Shown piece after piece: positions 1 to 8,736 of a stretch of DNA of 25,229 nucleotides. Position numbers and translations under genes: made by a program. The stretch lies in IMG/VR virus record IMGVR_UViG_3300006103_000071, positions 1 to 25,229 of that record; one strand, given 5' to 3'. The stretch comes from a virus. Its lineage: Duplodnaviria; Caudoviricetes. The stretch's first letter is position 1. Every line of letters begins with the position of its first letter. The notes under the pieces were generated by a model that was given only the letters and a program-made list of their open reading frames with translations, was not told the DNA's origin and ran no database searches.

Positions 1-61
1 GTTGGCTGTTAAGGTTCGATGGGTGTGTTGAGTTAGTAATTGCTGGTCCTGGATTAGACAT
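1..61 (-). CDS. 5' fragment of gene downstream of major capsid (probable head accessory protein), truncated by window edge
   Basis: ATG at 59-61 preceded by AAAGGAAA Shine-Dalgarno; reads MSNPGPAITNSTHPSNLNSQ with no stop to the window edge; function inferred from position only. Confidence 0.7.
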   Translation of the reverse strand, partial: MSNPGPAITNSTHPSNLNSQ

Positions 62-87
62 ATAGTTTCCTTTCGTTATCCGTTAAA

Positions 88-1335
88 TTAAGCTGCAACT
101 CGGCAAGCAAGTTCAGGATAGAGAGGAGCCCATCCATACAATACGTCAAGGCGAGTCGGAATACTATCATTGTTGATTGTATATTGACGAACCACACGCA
201 TGGAAAGACCAATCTCTTTGTCTGATGCACGACCAGCAAAATGAACACCTTCAGGCAACTCAAGGTCAGCCACTGCAAGCGTAAACGCATTGCGATGGAA
301 GATCATGTTTTGGTTAGAAGTTGTGCCAGTGCTGTTAAAGAATGTAACAGCTTGTGCGCCAGTTGAAGTTACAGAAACGTTTTGGAACTGACCAGCAGTA
401 ATAACAGCTGGAGATACGTTTACAGAAACTGAAGAACCTGAAGCAACAGAAACAGCGCTGTTAACTACGAAGTTACGCAGTTTGCCGTAAGACTGGCGGT
501 TCTGTGGGTTAACTGCATATACACCAGCGATGGTAAATGTATCGCCTTGGTTCAAGTTGATTGTGCCAGTGTTAGCAGCAGTCAAAGTGATGGTGCTGTT
601 AGAAGCCCAACCAGAGGTCAAGAAACCAGTCGCAGTTGTAACGTTTACAGAACCAGTAACAGTCGTTGAACTGAAGTTACCGTAAGTTTGTGCTACAACG
701 TTTTGATCAAGTTTCCAGTTCATGCCAGCGGAATCACGACCCATCAAGCCTTTACGATACTGCTCGCCAATTGCTTCTTGTGGAACAAAGAGGCCTTTCA
801 AGCTGTCAACAATAGTTGCTGAAGTGAAAGGATCAACGATACAAGCACGACGGCCATCACGTGGAGCGCCTTCGGAGTCGAGGTATGCAGCGGCTGACAA
901 ATAAGTGATCAAGCCAGTTGGAGGTGTGCCAGCGACGCCTACAGTGTTGTAGGTTGCGTTCTTAGCCATTACCAAACCGTCTCTATCGATTTTATTTGCA
1001 ATCGCAGCTACCGCAGGTTTCAAAACTCGATCTGAAAACATATCGAGGCTCAATGCTAAATCTTGAGTTGTAAATTGTGTGTCCACATGGAATTGTGTCG
1101 ACAAAGTTACAGGAACAGAAGTCTCATTGAAGTCTTCAACGTTAAGAGCTGGCCCAGTAGTTCCTATGAAGCGTCCAGGACGTCTTACATTCACCGTATT
1201 ACCAATTTTTGCACCAACAACAGCGAATTGATCGTCATAATTACGATCTACTTCTGACGTAAATGTCAGTTCGTTTTCGAGGACCATCAAAGCTTCGTTT
1301 GTGATCTTCGAGATAGTTAATAAATTATTACTCAT
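88..1335 (-). CDS. major capsid protein, P22 coat protein (gp5) family
   Basis: 415 aa; N-terminal NNLLTISKITNEALMVLENEL, KIGNTVNVRRP and C-terminal RLDVLYGW...PELACR typical of P22-like coats; follows portal and scaffold; AAGGAAA RBS. Confidence 0.93.
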   Translation of the reverse strand: MSNNLLTISKITNEALMVLENELTFTSEVDRNYDDQFAVVGAKIGNTVNVRRPGRFIGTTGPALNVEDFNETSVPVTLSTQFHVDTQFTTQDLALSLDMFSDRVLKPAVAAIANKIDRDGLVMAKNATYNTVGVAGTPPTGLITYLSAAAYLDSEGAPRDGRRACIVDPFTSATIVDSLKGLFVPQEAIGEQYRKGLMGRDSAGMNWKLDQNVVAQTYGNFSSTTVTGSVNVTTATGFLTSGWASNSTITLTAANTGTINLNQGDTFTIAGVYAVNPQNRQSYGKLRNFVVNSAVSVASGSSVSVNVSPAVITAGQFQNVSVTSTGAQAVTFFNSTGTTSNQNMIFHRNAFTLAVADLELPEGVHFAGRASDKEIGLSMRVVRQYTINNDSIPTRLDVLYGWAPLYPELACRVAA

Positions 1336-1363
1336 CTCATTTTCCTTAAATAGAAATTAGGTT

Positions 1364-2290
1364 TTACCTAATCCGTCTAGCTTTTCTAAGTTCCTTGTAT
1401 TGCGCATAGGTTAACTTGTCTGTATCAGTAGTTATTACCTCGGCGCTTCCAGTTCCTTTAATAGGGCTAATCGGAGCAGGCGCTTTTGACTGCACAGCAA
1501 CAGGCTTCTTCGCTGGTTCAGGCGCAGTTTCCTGCGTCTCAAACCGAGCCTCCAATTTCCCAATCTCTCGTAAGGCTTTAATAAGCGGCATTCCTGCCAC
1601 CTTTTGAGCATATTCTGTGTTTGATGCTAGTTCGTATAGGATTTGAGGGCCTACATCAGACTCCAAGATTGCATCTCTGATCTCGTTTGGCACTTGAACA
1701 GAACTTGAAGCTACTAAATCATCAAAATCAGGCAGGTTTGGCTTTGCTTTTTCCAGCTTCTCAGACCAAGACTTTGCAATCTTAGCCTGTTCTTCCACTG
1801 CTTTTCGCTCTGCTTCCTGCAAATCACGCTCATATAAAGCCTTTTCAGCTGACCACATTGCGAGTGCTTTTGCATACTCAATGCTATCGGTAAACTGTTC
1901 CGCTCTTGGCTCTTCTCCAATAGGATCGACGTTTTTAGGTTGTGCCGATACTGTTTCAAATTGCCGCAAACGCTCCTCTAACGCTTCTTTTTCAGCTTGA
2001 GCTTTGGCAGCTTTATCTTCTGCCTCTTTTCTAGCCTTAGTAAGCTCAGAGAATCTCTTCTCGAGTTTAGGATTTTGTTTCCGTTCATCTGTTGCTTTTG
2101 TCTCAGGTTCTGATGCTGGTTCACTCTCACCTTCAGCCTCAACAATCGGCTCTGATTCAGGAGTTTCCTCAACTGTTTCAGCCACAACTGGCGCTTCATC
2201 GGTAGCTAAACCTAAGCGATTCATGGTCCAATCGACTAAATTTTCACTAGTTACTACATTTGATGCCAACCGCTCTTGCACTTCTGACAT
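1364..2290 (-). CDS. capsid scaffolding protein
   Basis: Between portal and coat; acidic linker, coiled coil (KRFSELTKARKEAE), basic C-terminal helix YAQYKELRKARRIR; start moved to ATG 2290 because GGAG lies at 2297-2300. Confidence 0.85.
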   Translation of the reverse strand: MSEVQERLASNVVTSENLVDWTMNRLGLATDEAPVVAETVEETPESEPIVEAEGESEPASEPETKATDERKQNPKLEKRFSELTKARKEAEDKAAKAQAEKEALEERLRQFETVSAQPKNVDPIGEEPRAEQFTDSIEYAKALAMWSAEKALYERDLQEAERKAVEEQAKIAKSWSEKLEKAKPNLPDFDDLVASSSVQVPNEIRDAILESDVGPQILYELASNTEYAQKVAGMPLIKALREIGKLEARFETQETAPEPAKKPVAVQSKAPAPISPIKGTGSAEVITTDTDKLTYAQYKELRKARRIR

Positions 2291-2310
2291 GGATAACTCC
2301 AAGAATTAAC

Positions 2311-2366
2311 CCAATGAATCCATTGGTAGATTGTTACTTTTTAACACAAAATTTTTATATAAACAA
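2311..2366 (-). promoter_or_regulatory. putative sigma70-type promoter and leader hairpin upstream of scaffold/capsid
   Basis: Minus strand TTGTTT (2361-2366), 17 bp spacer, TG-T-TAAAAA (2338-2343); inverted repeat CCAATG/CATTGG at 2311-2326. Confidence 0.4.
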
Positions 2367-2368
2367 CT

Positions 2369-2767
2369 TTATTCTTCTCTAATGTTTTTGCCGCCAGGTT
2401 GCGCCCATACTCTGCTTCCTTTGTGATCGTATTCAGCCTCATGATAACCTTCAGGATGTTTGGCTACTTTTCCAGTAGAAAAATGTTCTCTTTCTTTATG
2501 CATGACTGAAGTGTGAAAATGATGAGGACCGTTTCCAAAATCAGGCACTTTTTCAGCGCCCAATTTGTTTTTCATAAACTCTTCACGATTTTCTGATGTA
2601 ACAACGGTTCGTCTTGCTTCTTTTTCTTTACGCATCATTTCTTGAATTTTATTAACTTTATTGGCATCTGCATGAGAAAGCATTTTTTTGCCAACAGCTT
2701 GTGTTACTTCAGGATCATATTTGTCCTTATTTAAAGCATATTTATATTTTTCTTCAGCTTTACTCAT
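2369..2767 (-). CDS. hypothetical Lys/Glu/His-rich protein between portal and scaffold (possible internal head protein)
   Basis: 132 aa; ATG abuts the portal stop; carries VVTSENREEFMKNKLG resembling the scaffold N-terminus. Confidence 0.75.
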   Translation of the reverse strand: MSKAEEKYKYALNKDKYDPEVTQAVGKKMLSHADANKVNKIQEMMRKEKEARRTVVTSENREEFMKNKLGAEKVPDFGNGPHHFHTSVMHKEREHFSTGKVAKHPEGYHEAEYDHKGSRVWAQPGGKNIREE

Positions 2768-4849
2768 TTAAATGGCCCTTTCTGTAGTCTCTTGATTAGC
2801 TAAATGTGCCTGTTGATGGTCCATTTTAGCAAGTAAAATAGCAACTTGAGCCTTAAGTTGCTCAATTTCAATCTTGGTTTGGTTGTCATAAACGGTATCG
2901 GCTTGCTTTGTAGCGTCACGCATTTCAACATCATGTGCCTTAGTTGTTTGACGCATAAGCTCACGCTTGGTTTCAGCTTCTTCTTGCATTTGTTTAATGG
3001 TAGCGCCATGTTTGATATCAAGCTGTAACTGCTGAATAGCCTGTTGCGCATCTTGCAACTGCTTCTGATTAAGTTTAAGTTGCATTTGAACTTGAGGCGG
3101 AATAGGCGATTTATCGTCAATTTGAGCCATTGGGTTCATAGCGGCTAGGCGGTCAGCAATAATTTCAGCGCCTGGGAAGTCCATATTACGGACAAAAAGG
3201 TCACCAGCCACTTGCACTAGGTTAGGATCGGCAGCAAATAGGCTTGTCATAGCCTCCACAGCCTCTTGGCGCTTCGATGAATAGCCAGGGCCAGTATCCA
3301 TAACAACGTCATATTTGCCAACGGATACATCGTTTAGGATCTTTTCTACACCTTGCTCGTCAACGGTGCGCTGGTTTAAGGTTACCAACTCAGGTTTGCC
3401 GTCATCTCCAATAATACGCAATACACGCTCTGTATCGTAAATTTTAGGGATCAAATCCAAAATAATACGGCCACAATAGGCAATAGAACGAGTCAGGTTG
3501 TCGTAATAATGATAGTTAACCATGTCAACTTGCTGCTGTTGACCTTGGATAGCCTTGCCTGATTGGTTGCCTTGTGGAAGCTGGCTAGGATCATAAATGC
3601 CCACAACAGCCTGCAAATCTGCGTTCATACCGCCCAAGGCAGCCATAACACCTGTAGGTGGTTGCTCAGGGGCTTGTCTTACAGGAGGAGGGGCCATACG
3701 GCCTTCTGTATCGGTCTGCTTATAGCGTAAATAAGGCATCGCCTTAATATTTGCCATAGCCCACTCGTTTTCATGGCCTTCGTCTTGGCCTTCGGCAAGA
3801 ATCCATTTAGCCTTAGGCGCTAATGCTACGGTCTCGGTTAAGCTGGTAGCCCAATAGTTATACATGCGCTGGGGATCTTTAGCAAACCGCACCAGTCCAA
3901 ACTTCTTATGCTTTGCGTCAACGATGACTTGCTGGCCATAAACAGGAATAATAGGGATATATTTGCCAGCCCACTCGCCCTCTTCCAAGATCTGCATAGC
4001 CGTTAGCTTGCACCACTTGATTTTCTTAATAAAACTGTCTCGTTTATCCAACACCTCAATACCAGCGGCATCGAGCATTTCTTTCATCTTTTTGTATTCA
4101 GGCTCATAAAGGCTTGTGCCATCGGATAACAAATATAGCTTGGCTGGCTCTTTTACGGTGTAAAAATACTCGGCAATGCGAATATCTTCTTTCATAACCC
4201 ATTCGTTATTGGTATCCCCAGTGCCTCTGCTGCTAAAGCCTTGATCTACCTCAGCCCAAGGGTAAAGGACCTTGAAGTTTCGTTTACTTAATACGGTAGT
4301 AATTAAGCAGCGCTCTGCATCAGAACCGTCAGGCAACTGGGAATTAGGATCAAAATATACAGTGAAAGGGTTATCGATAGGGCGAATATAAATTTCCTGC
4401 TCAAAGCTATCGTCTGAGGTGTAGTCGGTAGAAACCCTAAAGTAACCCCAACCCATCTTTACTGCGTATTCAAAAGCTGTGTCGTAAGCGTTATCAGCGT
4501 TTGATTGGGTTTCAATATGGCGGCATACACCTGTAAGAATCTCTGCCAGCTTGGCATCAGATTCGGTATTCATGCCATGAACTTTAATTCTTGGACGTTG
4601 CTGGCGCTGTTGGTTACAGATTTGACGAATATAAGCGTCAACCTTGTTAATCGTAAGGCAAGGGCGAGCCTCTAATACTCGGCTGTTTTGAACGTCTACA
4701 GGCCATTGATCTCCTGCTGCAAATCTTACGTCATCTAGGGCCTCGGCACGATTGTTTGAGTCTACATCCCCACAAAGCCGCAAGAACTCTTTAGCTTCAG
4801 ATATTCTTAAATCGTTTTCCATGTCGTTGATGCTATCGTAATCTGCCAT
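2768..4849 (-). CDS. portal protein, P22-like
   Basis: 693 aa after TerL; GDQWP, RPCLTINK, KDPQRMYNYW, SGKAI, GKYDV..DTGPGY..KRQEA motifs and Gln-rich C-terminal helical barrel. Confidence 0.93.
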   Translation of the reverse strand: MADYDSINDMENDLRISEAKEFLRLCGDVDSNNRAEALDDVRFAAGDQWPVDVQNSRVLEARPCLTINKVDAYIRQICNQQRQQRPRIKVHGMNTESDAKLAEILTGVCRHIETQSNADNAYDTAFEYAVKMGWGYFRVSTDYTSDDSFEQEIYIRPIDNPFTVYFDPNSQLPDGSDAERCLITTVLSKRNFKVLYPWAEVDQGFSSRGTGDTNNEWVMKEDIRIAEYFYTVKEPAKLYLLSDGTSLYEPEYKKMKEMLDAAGIEVLDKRDSFIKKIKWCKLTAMQILEEGEWAGKYIPIIPVYGQQVIVDAKHKKFGLVRFAKDPQRMYNYWATSLTETVALAPKAKWILAEGQDEGHENEWAMANIKAMPYLRYKQTDTEGRMAPPPVRQAPEQPPTGVMAALGGMNADLQAVVGIYDPSQLPQGNQSGKAIQGQQQQVDMVNYHYYDNLTRSIAYCGRIILDLIPKIYDTERVLRIIGDDGKPELVTLNQRTVDEQGVEKILNDVSVGKYDVVMDTGPGYSSKRQEAVEAMTSLFAADPNLVQVAGDLFVRNMDFPGAEIIADRLAAMNPMAQIDDKSPIPPQVQMQLKLNQKQLQDAQQAIQQLQLDIKHGATIKQMQEEAETKRELMRQTTKAHDVEMRDATKQADTVYDNQTKIEIEQLKAQVAILLAKMDHQQAHLANQETTERAI

Positions 4850-4851
4850 AT

Positions 4852-6141
4852 TTATCCCATCCAGCTGCCCACCTGGGCATAGTTTTGTCTTTGTGGTTTA
4901 GGCTTTTTAGGCTCATTAACCATCAAACCAATATATCTCCATGCATCAGCGCCATGCGAATATTGGTCATGAACAGGCTTCTGACTAAATGCGCCAGTTT
5001 CAGGATCAACGTCATAGCGATAATGTCTTAAGCATTGTAAGCCTTCTTCGCAGTTTTGCCTATCAAAATAGCATTTAGCAAATATTGTTCTAGCTGCGTT
5101 AATAGAATCGGTAATAGGCACTCTGTCTAGTATTTGCACCTTCCAGCCTGTAGAGCGCACCATTTCTTCAATAGATTTGCCTGTGCCTAAGTTTTTAGCG
5201 GCAGCGTCATGGGGTAGCCATAAGGTGTCATAGACATAGCCATAGGTCTGCATCTGCGCAAGATACCAGTTGATAGTCTTTTGGTTGTCTTCAATATATC
5301 GAATAACCCTGATTTCCATGCCGATAAATTGAACGAACCAAATCGCCGTTGAATCGGCCCACCCAAGGTCAAAAATAGCATGGACAGGTTTAATAGGATC
5401 GTAAGGCACTCTAGTAATTCTGCCATCTAGCTCGGCCATTTCCATTTCTTTACCGAATACAGCGCCATCTATTTGGGTTCGGCAAATACCTTCCCACACG
5501 TTGTTATATGCGGAAATATCCCTATTTTTAAGGGCCTGGCGCTCTAACTCTAGCACCTCAGGAAACCAAGGGTTATCCGACCAGTTGATTTTTTGCACCA
5601 CAGCATTTTCAGGGGGGTTCAATACAAACCGTTTATAAGTCTCGTCGGTCTCTAGCTCAGGGTTAAAGGATACCCATATCTCGCTGTTCTCTTTACGAAT
5701 GGTCGGTATTAAAACAGCCCAGGAGTTTGAGCTAACGCTCTGTGCCTCTTCCACCCACGCAATATCTATTCCTTCAATACTTTTTACGTTGTTAGTGTTG
5801 TTTTTAATGCCTACAAAGGTAAACTCTGTGCCGTTTATGCCCCTAATTGAGTTTTGGGTAATCTCATAGAAAGCGTCTAAGCCCAGGTTAAAGATCTGGT
5901 CGCTAAGTAATTTATGGACAGAATCCTTGATAGAAGTTTGGAACTCACGTGCGCATAAAATACGCAAAGGAGTGCGCAAGCCTTTGATTAGTAAAGCCCT
6001 GGCGATATTCCATGACTTTGATCCGCCTCGCCCTCCGTAAAGTATGCGATAGCGGCTGTGTTTAGGTTTGAATAAGCACTCTAGCTTTTTAGGGAACTGC
6101 GCCTTAGCTATTGCCTCGTTAATCTGCTGTTCGAGTTCCAT
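4852..6141 (-). CDS. terL: terminase large subunit (PBSX/XtmB, Terminase_3 type)
   Basis: Walker A YGGRGGSKS, CAREFQ, Walker B AWVEEA, SFNP, nuclease motifs FDLGWAD and SHGADAWRY. Confidence 0.95.
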   Translation of the reverse strand: MELEQQINEAIAKAQFPKKLECLFKPKHSRYRILYGGRGGSKSWNIARALLIKGLRTPLRILCAREFQTSIKDSVHKLLSDQIFNLGLDAFYEITQNSIRGINGTEFTFVGIKNNTNNVKSIEGIDIAWVEEAQSVSSNSWAVLIPTIRKENSEIWVSFNPELETDETYKRFVLNPPENAVVQKINWSDNPWFPEVLELERQALKNRDISAYNNVWEGICRTQIDGAVFGKEMEMAELDGRITRVPYDPIKPVHAIFDLGWADSTAIWFVQFIGMEIRVIRYIEDNQKTINWYLAQMQTYGYVYDTLWLPHDAAAKNLGTGKSIEEMVRSTGWKVQILDRVPITDSINAARTIFAKCYFDRQNCEEGLQCLRHYRYDVDPETGAFSQKPVHDQYSHGADAWRYIGLMVNEPKKPKPQRQNYAQVGSWMG

Positions 6142-6475
6142 CAGGCTCTACAAAAGTAATCTCGATGCCAGTAATATTTGATCCGTCTGCGTTGGCCAGC
6201 TTAGTAGTATTCGTTTCGCCCCACCCCATTTGAGCCTTGGTCCACCAAATAGAAGCGGTAGTGTCCCCCTTTACGGCCTTGTTAAACAGCGTTTGGGCTA
6301 TTTTAGCGCTTGCTTTGGCCTTTCCTACGGCTAACTCAGTTGAATAGTATTTACGCAGTGTTTTATCGCTAATACCAATCAAAGCGCCTATTTGGTCATG
6401 TGGCAAACCTAAGCCAGCAGATGCCTCTACTTGCGCTCTAGTTTTCTCGGAAGGTTCGTGTGGTTCTTGTGGCAT
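6119..6475 (-). CDS. terS: terminase small subunit
   Basis: HTH-like GLPHDQIGALIGISDKTLRKYY, TTASIWWTKAQMGW; overlaps TerL start; start uncertain (6475 or 6496). Confidence 0.8.
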   Translation of the reverse strand: MPQEPHEPSEKTRAQVEASAGLGLPHDQIGALIGISDKTLRKYYSTELAVGKAKASAKIAQTLFNKAVKGDTTASIWWTKAQMGWGETNTTKLANADGSNITGIEITFVEPDGTRTAD

Positions 6476-6492
6476 TTTTATTAACGGAATCA

Positions 6493-7704
6493 TCAAGTTA
6501 GCTTATTGAACTCCAGCCCTGATTCTATATGGATTGCTTGCTTCCCAGTGAAGTCCTGCCAGCGTTTAATAATAACGTCACAATATTTGGGATCTAATTC
6601 CATCAAACAAGACTTTCTGCCTGTTTTTTCAGCAGCAATCATAGTCGAACCTGAGCCACCAAATAAGTCTAACACCATATCCTGGCCTTTGGTGTTGTTC
6701 AGTATCTGATACTCCATAAGTTCTACTGGTTTCATAGTAGGGTGAATATCGTTTCGTTTAGGGCGCTTACACTCTATAAGGGTGGTTTGCTTGCGGTCTG
6801 ATGCCCATAGATGCCCTGCGCCGTCTTTCCAGCCATATAAACAAGGCTCATGCTTCCAGTGGTAATCTTGGCGGCCCATAACCATTACGTCTTTTTGCCA
6901 TATAAGGCATTGGCGCACTTTCCAGCCAGCGTCTTTACACGCTCCTCTAAAGTTATACCCTTCCGAGTCAGCATGCCAAATATAAAATACTGCGCCTGGT
7001 TTCATTACAGCGTCTGCCGCTACAAAGCAGTCTCTTAGGAATTGACGGAATTGCTCATCGCCCATAGAGTCGTTTTGAATGGTTAAAGCGTCCTTTGTTT
7101 TACCTTCATACGCTACGTTATATGGCGGATCTGTGACAAGAATATCAACTAAGCCGTTGGTCAGTTTTTCTACACTTTCAATAGAAGTCGAATCACCGCA
7201 CATAAGACGATGGTTGCCAAGACTAAATATATCGCCCAATTTTGACTTAGGTGTAAGCGGAGCATCAGGAATAGCGTCTTCATCGGTTAGCCCTTCTGTT
7301 TCCTCGGTGATGTTTAATAAAGCGTCTAGCTCTTCATCATTGAAACCTAGCAAATTTAGGTCGTATTCTTCGCCAAGTAGGTCTTGCAGCTCTACCGTTA
7401 ATAATTCAGTATCCCAATCGCTATTTAATGCTAACTTATTGTCAGCAATGATAAGAGCCTTTTTTTGAGTTTCAGATAGATAAGCGAGTTCAATAACAGG
7501 AACTTTATCCATAGACAACTTGCGAGCAGCAAGCAACCTGCCATGACCAGCAATAAGACCATTAGACCCATCAACCAAAATGGGATTAGTCCAACCAAAC
7601 TCCCTGATGCTAGCTGCAATTTGAGCAACTTGTTCTTCCGAATGTTTGCGGCTGTTATTGATGTAGGGAATTAAAGACTCAACGGAGCGTTGTTCTATCT
7701 TCAC
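6493..7704 (-). CDS. ParB-like N-terminal domain fused to N4/N6 DNA methyltransferase (beta class)
   Basis: ParB-like IAASIREFGWTNPILVD...IAGHGRLLAA...ADNKL; catalytic TDPPY precedes HPTMKP and SAM-binding VLDLFGGSGST. Confidence 0.92.
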   Translation of the reverse strand: MKIEQRSVESLIPYINNSRKHSEEQVAQIAASIREFGWTNPILVDGSNGLIAGHGRLLAARKLSMDKVPVIELAYLSETQKKALIIADNKLALNSDWDTELLTVELQDLLGEEYDLNLLGFNDEELDALLNITEETEGLTDEDAIPDAPLTPKSKLGDIFSLGNHRLMCGDSTSIESVEKLTNGLVDILVTDPPYNVAYEGKTKDALTIQNDSMGDEQFRQFLRDCFVAADAVMKPGAVFYIWHADSEGYNFRGACKDAGWKVRQCLIWQKDVMVMGRQDYHWKHEPCLYGWKDGAGHLWASDRKQTTLIECKRPKRNDIHPTMKPVELMEYQILNNTKGQDMVLDLFGGSGSTMIAAEKTGRKSCLMELDPKYCDVIIKRWQDFTGKQAIHIESGLEFNKLT

Positions 7705-7898
7705 TGGGCAGGAGCTTCTGTTTCAGGCGCAGGTGCGTTAGCGGCTAAATGATCTGCAACCTTTTGATTTGCCTCAGCAATTATTTGCGCATGCAACTCT
7801 TGAACCAGTTCCATTGGCAACTTGCGTAAACCTGCTAGCACTAGTTCAATATCGCCAGCAGTTAAAATAAAGTCCATTTTTAAATCTTTAATATTCAT
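7701..7898 (-). CDS. hypothetical protein
   Basis: 65 aa; 4-bp ATGA-type overlaps with both neighbours. Confidence 0.7.
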   Translation of the reverse strand: MNIKDLKMDFILTAGDIELVLAGLRKLPMELVQELHAQIIAEANQKVADHLAANAPAPETEAPAQ

Positions 7899-8038
7899 TT
7901 TTTCTTGCCTTTCTTTTCTGCTTCACGTTTAACAGCATAAGCAATAGCTAAAGATTGAGCTTTTGGTTTTCCTGCTTTAAGCTCTTCTTTCAAATTGCTT
8001 GTAAAAGCCTTAGGGCTTGATGATTTTTTAAGAGGCAT
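7895..8038 (-). CDS. small basic hypothetical protein (47 aa), not in ORF track
   Basis: Manual translation MPLKKSSSPKAFTSNLKEELKAGKPKAQSLAIAYAVKREAEKKGKKK; fills gap, AAGG RBS, stop overlaps next ATG. Confidence 0.75.
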   Translation of the reverse strand: MPLKKSSSPKAFTSNLKEELKAGKPKAQSLAIAYAVKREAEKKGKKK

Positions 8039-8258
8039 CTTTGTTACCTTTGCGAGTGGTAGCCTTTTTAAGGGCTGGTTTACGTTTATCTTTAGGGGCA
8101 GGAAATGGCCATTCAGCCTCCGTTTTTAACGGTTCTTTGTTAAAAGTGTAGGTAATTTGCATGTTATCAAACTCGCACTCCACTTTTTTGACCTTATACC
8201 AGCCAAAATAGGCCATGACAGTTTCAAGTAAAGATATATCTTTTACAACTTCATCCAT
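8028..8258 (-). CDS. hypothetical protein
   Basis: 76 aa; GGAG RBS; WPFP motif and basic tail; coupled to the groES stop. Confidence 0.7.
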   Translation of the reverse strand: MDEVVKDISLLETVMAYFGWYKVKKVECEFDNMQITYTFNKEPLKTEAEWPFPAPKDKRKPALKKATTRKGNKDAS

Positions 8259-8563
8259 TATGCAGTCTCCTGTTCAAAACAAATGTCTTGCCAGCTCATT
8301 ACGAGATAGCGCTCACCATCTTCAAAATACTCAAAATACTTTAAATATTCGTCTTTTGCGTTGTCATTCATTGTTCCAAAACGAACATAAGCGCCTACGG
8401 TAATAGGCATATCTTCTCTACGACCACCGACTTTTTTGCCAGGACCAACAGCAACAACTGTTCCCATATTGTCTACTTCTTTGTTTTCAACATAAATAAT
8501 AGAGCTTAGTTGCCGTTTTTCAGGCTTTACTACAATCTTGTCATTTAAAGGTTGTAATTTCAT
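8258..8563 (-). CDS. groES: co-chaperonin GroES (Cpn10) homolog
   Basis: MKLQPLNDKIVVKP, GTVVAVGPGK, VGAYVRF, DGERYLVMSWQDI match Cpn10 hallmark segments. Confidence 0.88.
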   Translation of the reverse strand: MKLQPLNDKIVVKPEKRQLSSIIYVENKEVDNMGTVVAVGPGKKVGGRREDMPITVGAYVRFGTMNDNAKDEYLKYFEYFEDGERYLVMSWQDICFEQETA

Positions 8564-8736
8564 TGGACACCATGTGTTTCAGTAGGAGCAATAGAATTGT
8601 GACCGTTAAATTGGTCTATAAGGTCCATGACCTCTAGCATTATGCGATTGGCCTCATCTTGTCCATTTGATTTACAAATAAACTCAACAAAACCGTCATC
8701 ATCAACTTCAATAGTAATGTGTGCGTTAGACCGCAT
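8560..8736 (-). CDS. acidic hypothetical protein (58 aa), not in ORF track
   Basis: Manual translation MRSNAHITIEVDDDGFVEFICKSNGQDEANRIMLEVMDLIDQFNGHNSIAPTETHGVQ; fills gap; TGA overlaps the groES ATG. Confidence 0.65.
   Translation of the reverse strand: MRSNAHITIEVDDDGFVEFICKSNGQDEANRIMLEVMDLIDQFNGHNSIAPTETHGVQ

Noticed and set aside
54-290. 78-aa alternative-frame ORF over the capsid 3' end, considered as a frameshift extension
   Set aside because: No clear slippery site, it extends only about 11 codons past the coat stop, and the sequence is not protein-like
722-2309. Several antisense and alternate-frame ORFs within capsid and scaffold
   Set aside because: Shadow ORFs of strongly supported genes, without RBS or motifs
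6506-7628. ORFs overlapping the methyltransferase (including the 129-aa Ser-rich one)
   Set aside because: Antisense or alternate-frame shadows of an acidic coding region
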